DNA of 63,687 nucleotides, filler included, from Octopus bimaculoides (Eukaryota), in NCBI RefSeq assembly GCF_001194135.2. It is 9 parts of 8 records of this genome, joined end to end, with 100 filler letters (N's around TTAATTAATTAA, not from the genome) between each part and the next. Parts side by side here need not be neighbours in the genome. Positions count along the whole stretch, not along the records: positions 62,519 to 63,687 come from NW_026350419.1; 8 more parts are not named here. One strand, given 5' to 3'. Below the pieces are notes generated by a model, which saw nothing but the letters and a program-made list of their open reading frames with translations, did no database searches and was not told where the DNA came from. The translations under genes were made by a program, and so were the position numbers. Positions 62,519 through 63,687 of this stretch are shown piece after piece. The first letter of the stretch is position 1. Every line of letters begins with the position of its first letter.

Positions 62519-63687
62519 AGAATTAATCAAATTTCTATTCTTAAATGAGTGCATATGTTGAGCCACTTGTAATTTGATTTTATTAGATGTCGATCCTATA
62601 TAAATCTTATTTAAATTATAACCATTATGTTTATTCCCATTCGTTAATCTCACTATACATTTATACACTACATCCTTCAAATTACATATATTATTGAATT
62701 TACATTTAGTCTTATCTAAACATGTACAATTAATTATATCCTGGTCCACATTATTATTATTATTAGAATAATTATAAAACTTAAATTTATAATACTTATT
62801 TAACTTAAATCTATTAAAAGAAGAGATAATATTAGCAACATTACTAGTAGTAGAATAACCTACACCAAAATTATTAGTAGAAAATATATAATTATATTTT
62901 TATTATCTTTAAGGAATACATCACTAACTTTTTAAATTTCATTAATAATGTTAGTTTTAACTTGAGCGCCATATGGAATAATTAGCCATAGTTTATTCTT
63001 ATTATAGATATTATTGTATTTATTAATATTATTAAATTTATTATTATCATTAAAAAAATTAAAATTATATTTATTATTGTTTTTATTAAAATTATGTTTA
63101 TGTTTATGTAAATTATTGTCATAATACCTATTATTCATATTATAATTATCTAAGAAAACATAATCATAAGTATAAAGGTTATGTTTATTAAAAAGATCAT
63201 TACTATTATAATGATTATTAATAAAATTAAAATTATATTTCGGATTATTAAAAAATTTTATTCCCTTAGTATATCCCGCCTCTTGAAGGGCTTTATTGTA
63301 ATAAGGTGCATGTTTTTCAAAGATCTCTAAATTCGAAGAGAGTAAAGATATTCTTTTACCTATAGTAAATGTTAATGATTTTTTAATTGAGGGTGGGTGA
63401 TTACTTTTCGCATGAATATATTTAATATTTTCATTAATCTTATGATAAGGTTGGATATTACCTGTAGATAAGTTAAAATTAGCATCTAAATAATTTATAT
63501 TATAGTACTCATTATAAATAGTAATCTTTAAACCATATCTTTTAAAAAAAGATCTTTCTATTTGAAAATTGGTTATGAAACCCGTATAGTCATTTTATTA
63601 TCTTGATCTTATGATATTTACTTTGTATTTTATTATACTTAGACCTTACACCTTATAGCCTCTGAATTCAATACTGACATTACTTCA
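62519..63687 (-). mobile_element. Penelope-like retroelement (RT thumb, Asn-rich linker, GIY-YIG), truncated by the window end and a linker
   Basis: Minus strand: YLDANFNLSTGNIQPY...SNHPPSIKK...KRISLLSSNLEIFEKHAPYYNKALQEAGY; WLIIPYGAQVKTNI; VVYKCIV...KIYIGSTSNKIKLQVAQH. Confidence 0.88.

Overview
AT-rich, repeat-dense eukaryotic genomic DNA with many N gaps. The SINE repertoire and microsatellite density suggest an octopus (cephalopod) assembly; this is inference. Eight identical 100-nt spacers (44 N + TTAATTAATTAA + 44 N) split the window into nine artificially joined blocks, so order and orientation across them are unsupported. Recognisable host coding sequence is limited to two splice-compatible exons of a receptor guanylyl cyclase (ANF-receptor-type) ectodomain (50623-52031, +) and three splice-compatible exons of a CLC chloride channel/transporter (53102-55517, +; GSGIPE and GPEGP motifs), plus a few weaker orphan exon candidates. 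The rest is transposon-derived: maT and mariner remnants, MITEs (including a hAT MITE with an 8-bp TSD), Penelope-like elements (RT thumb + GIY-YIG), R4/Dong-like RLE LINEs next to microsatellites, an RTE remnant and about six SINE-like families. The most interesting unannotated signal is a set of Penelope-type type I hammerhead ribozyme motifs. Two of them share a non-canonical CUGUUGA (A6U) core with intact stems. The window also has an unusual number of long (70-105 bp arm) inverted repeats. Most supplied ORFs are gap or microsatellite artefacts.
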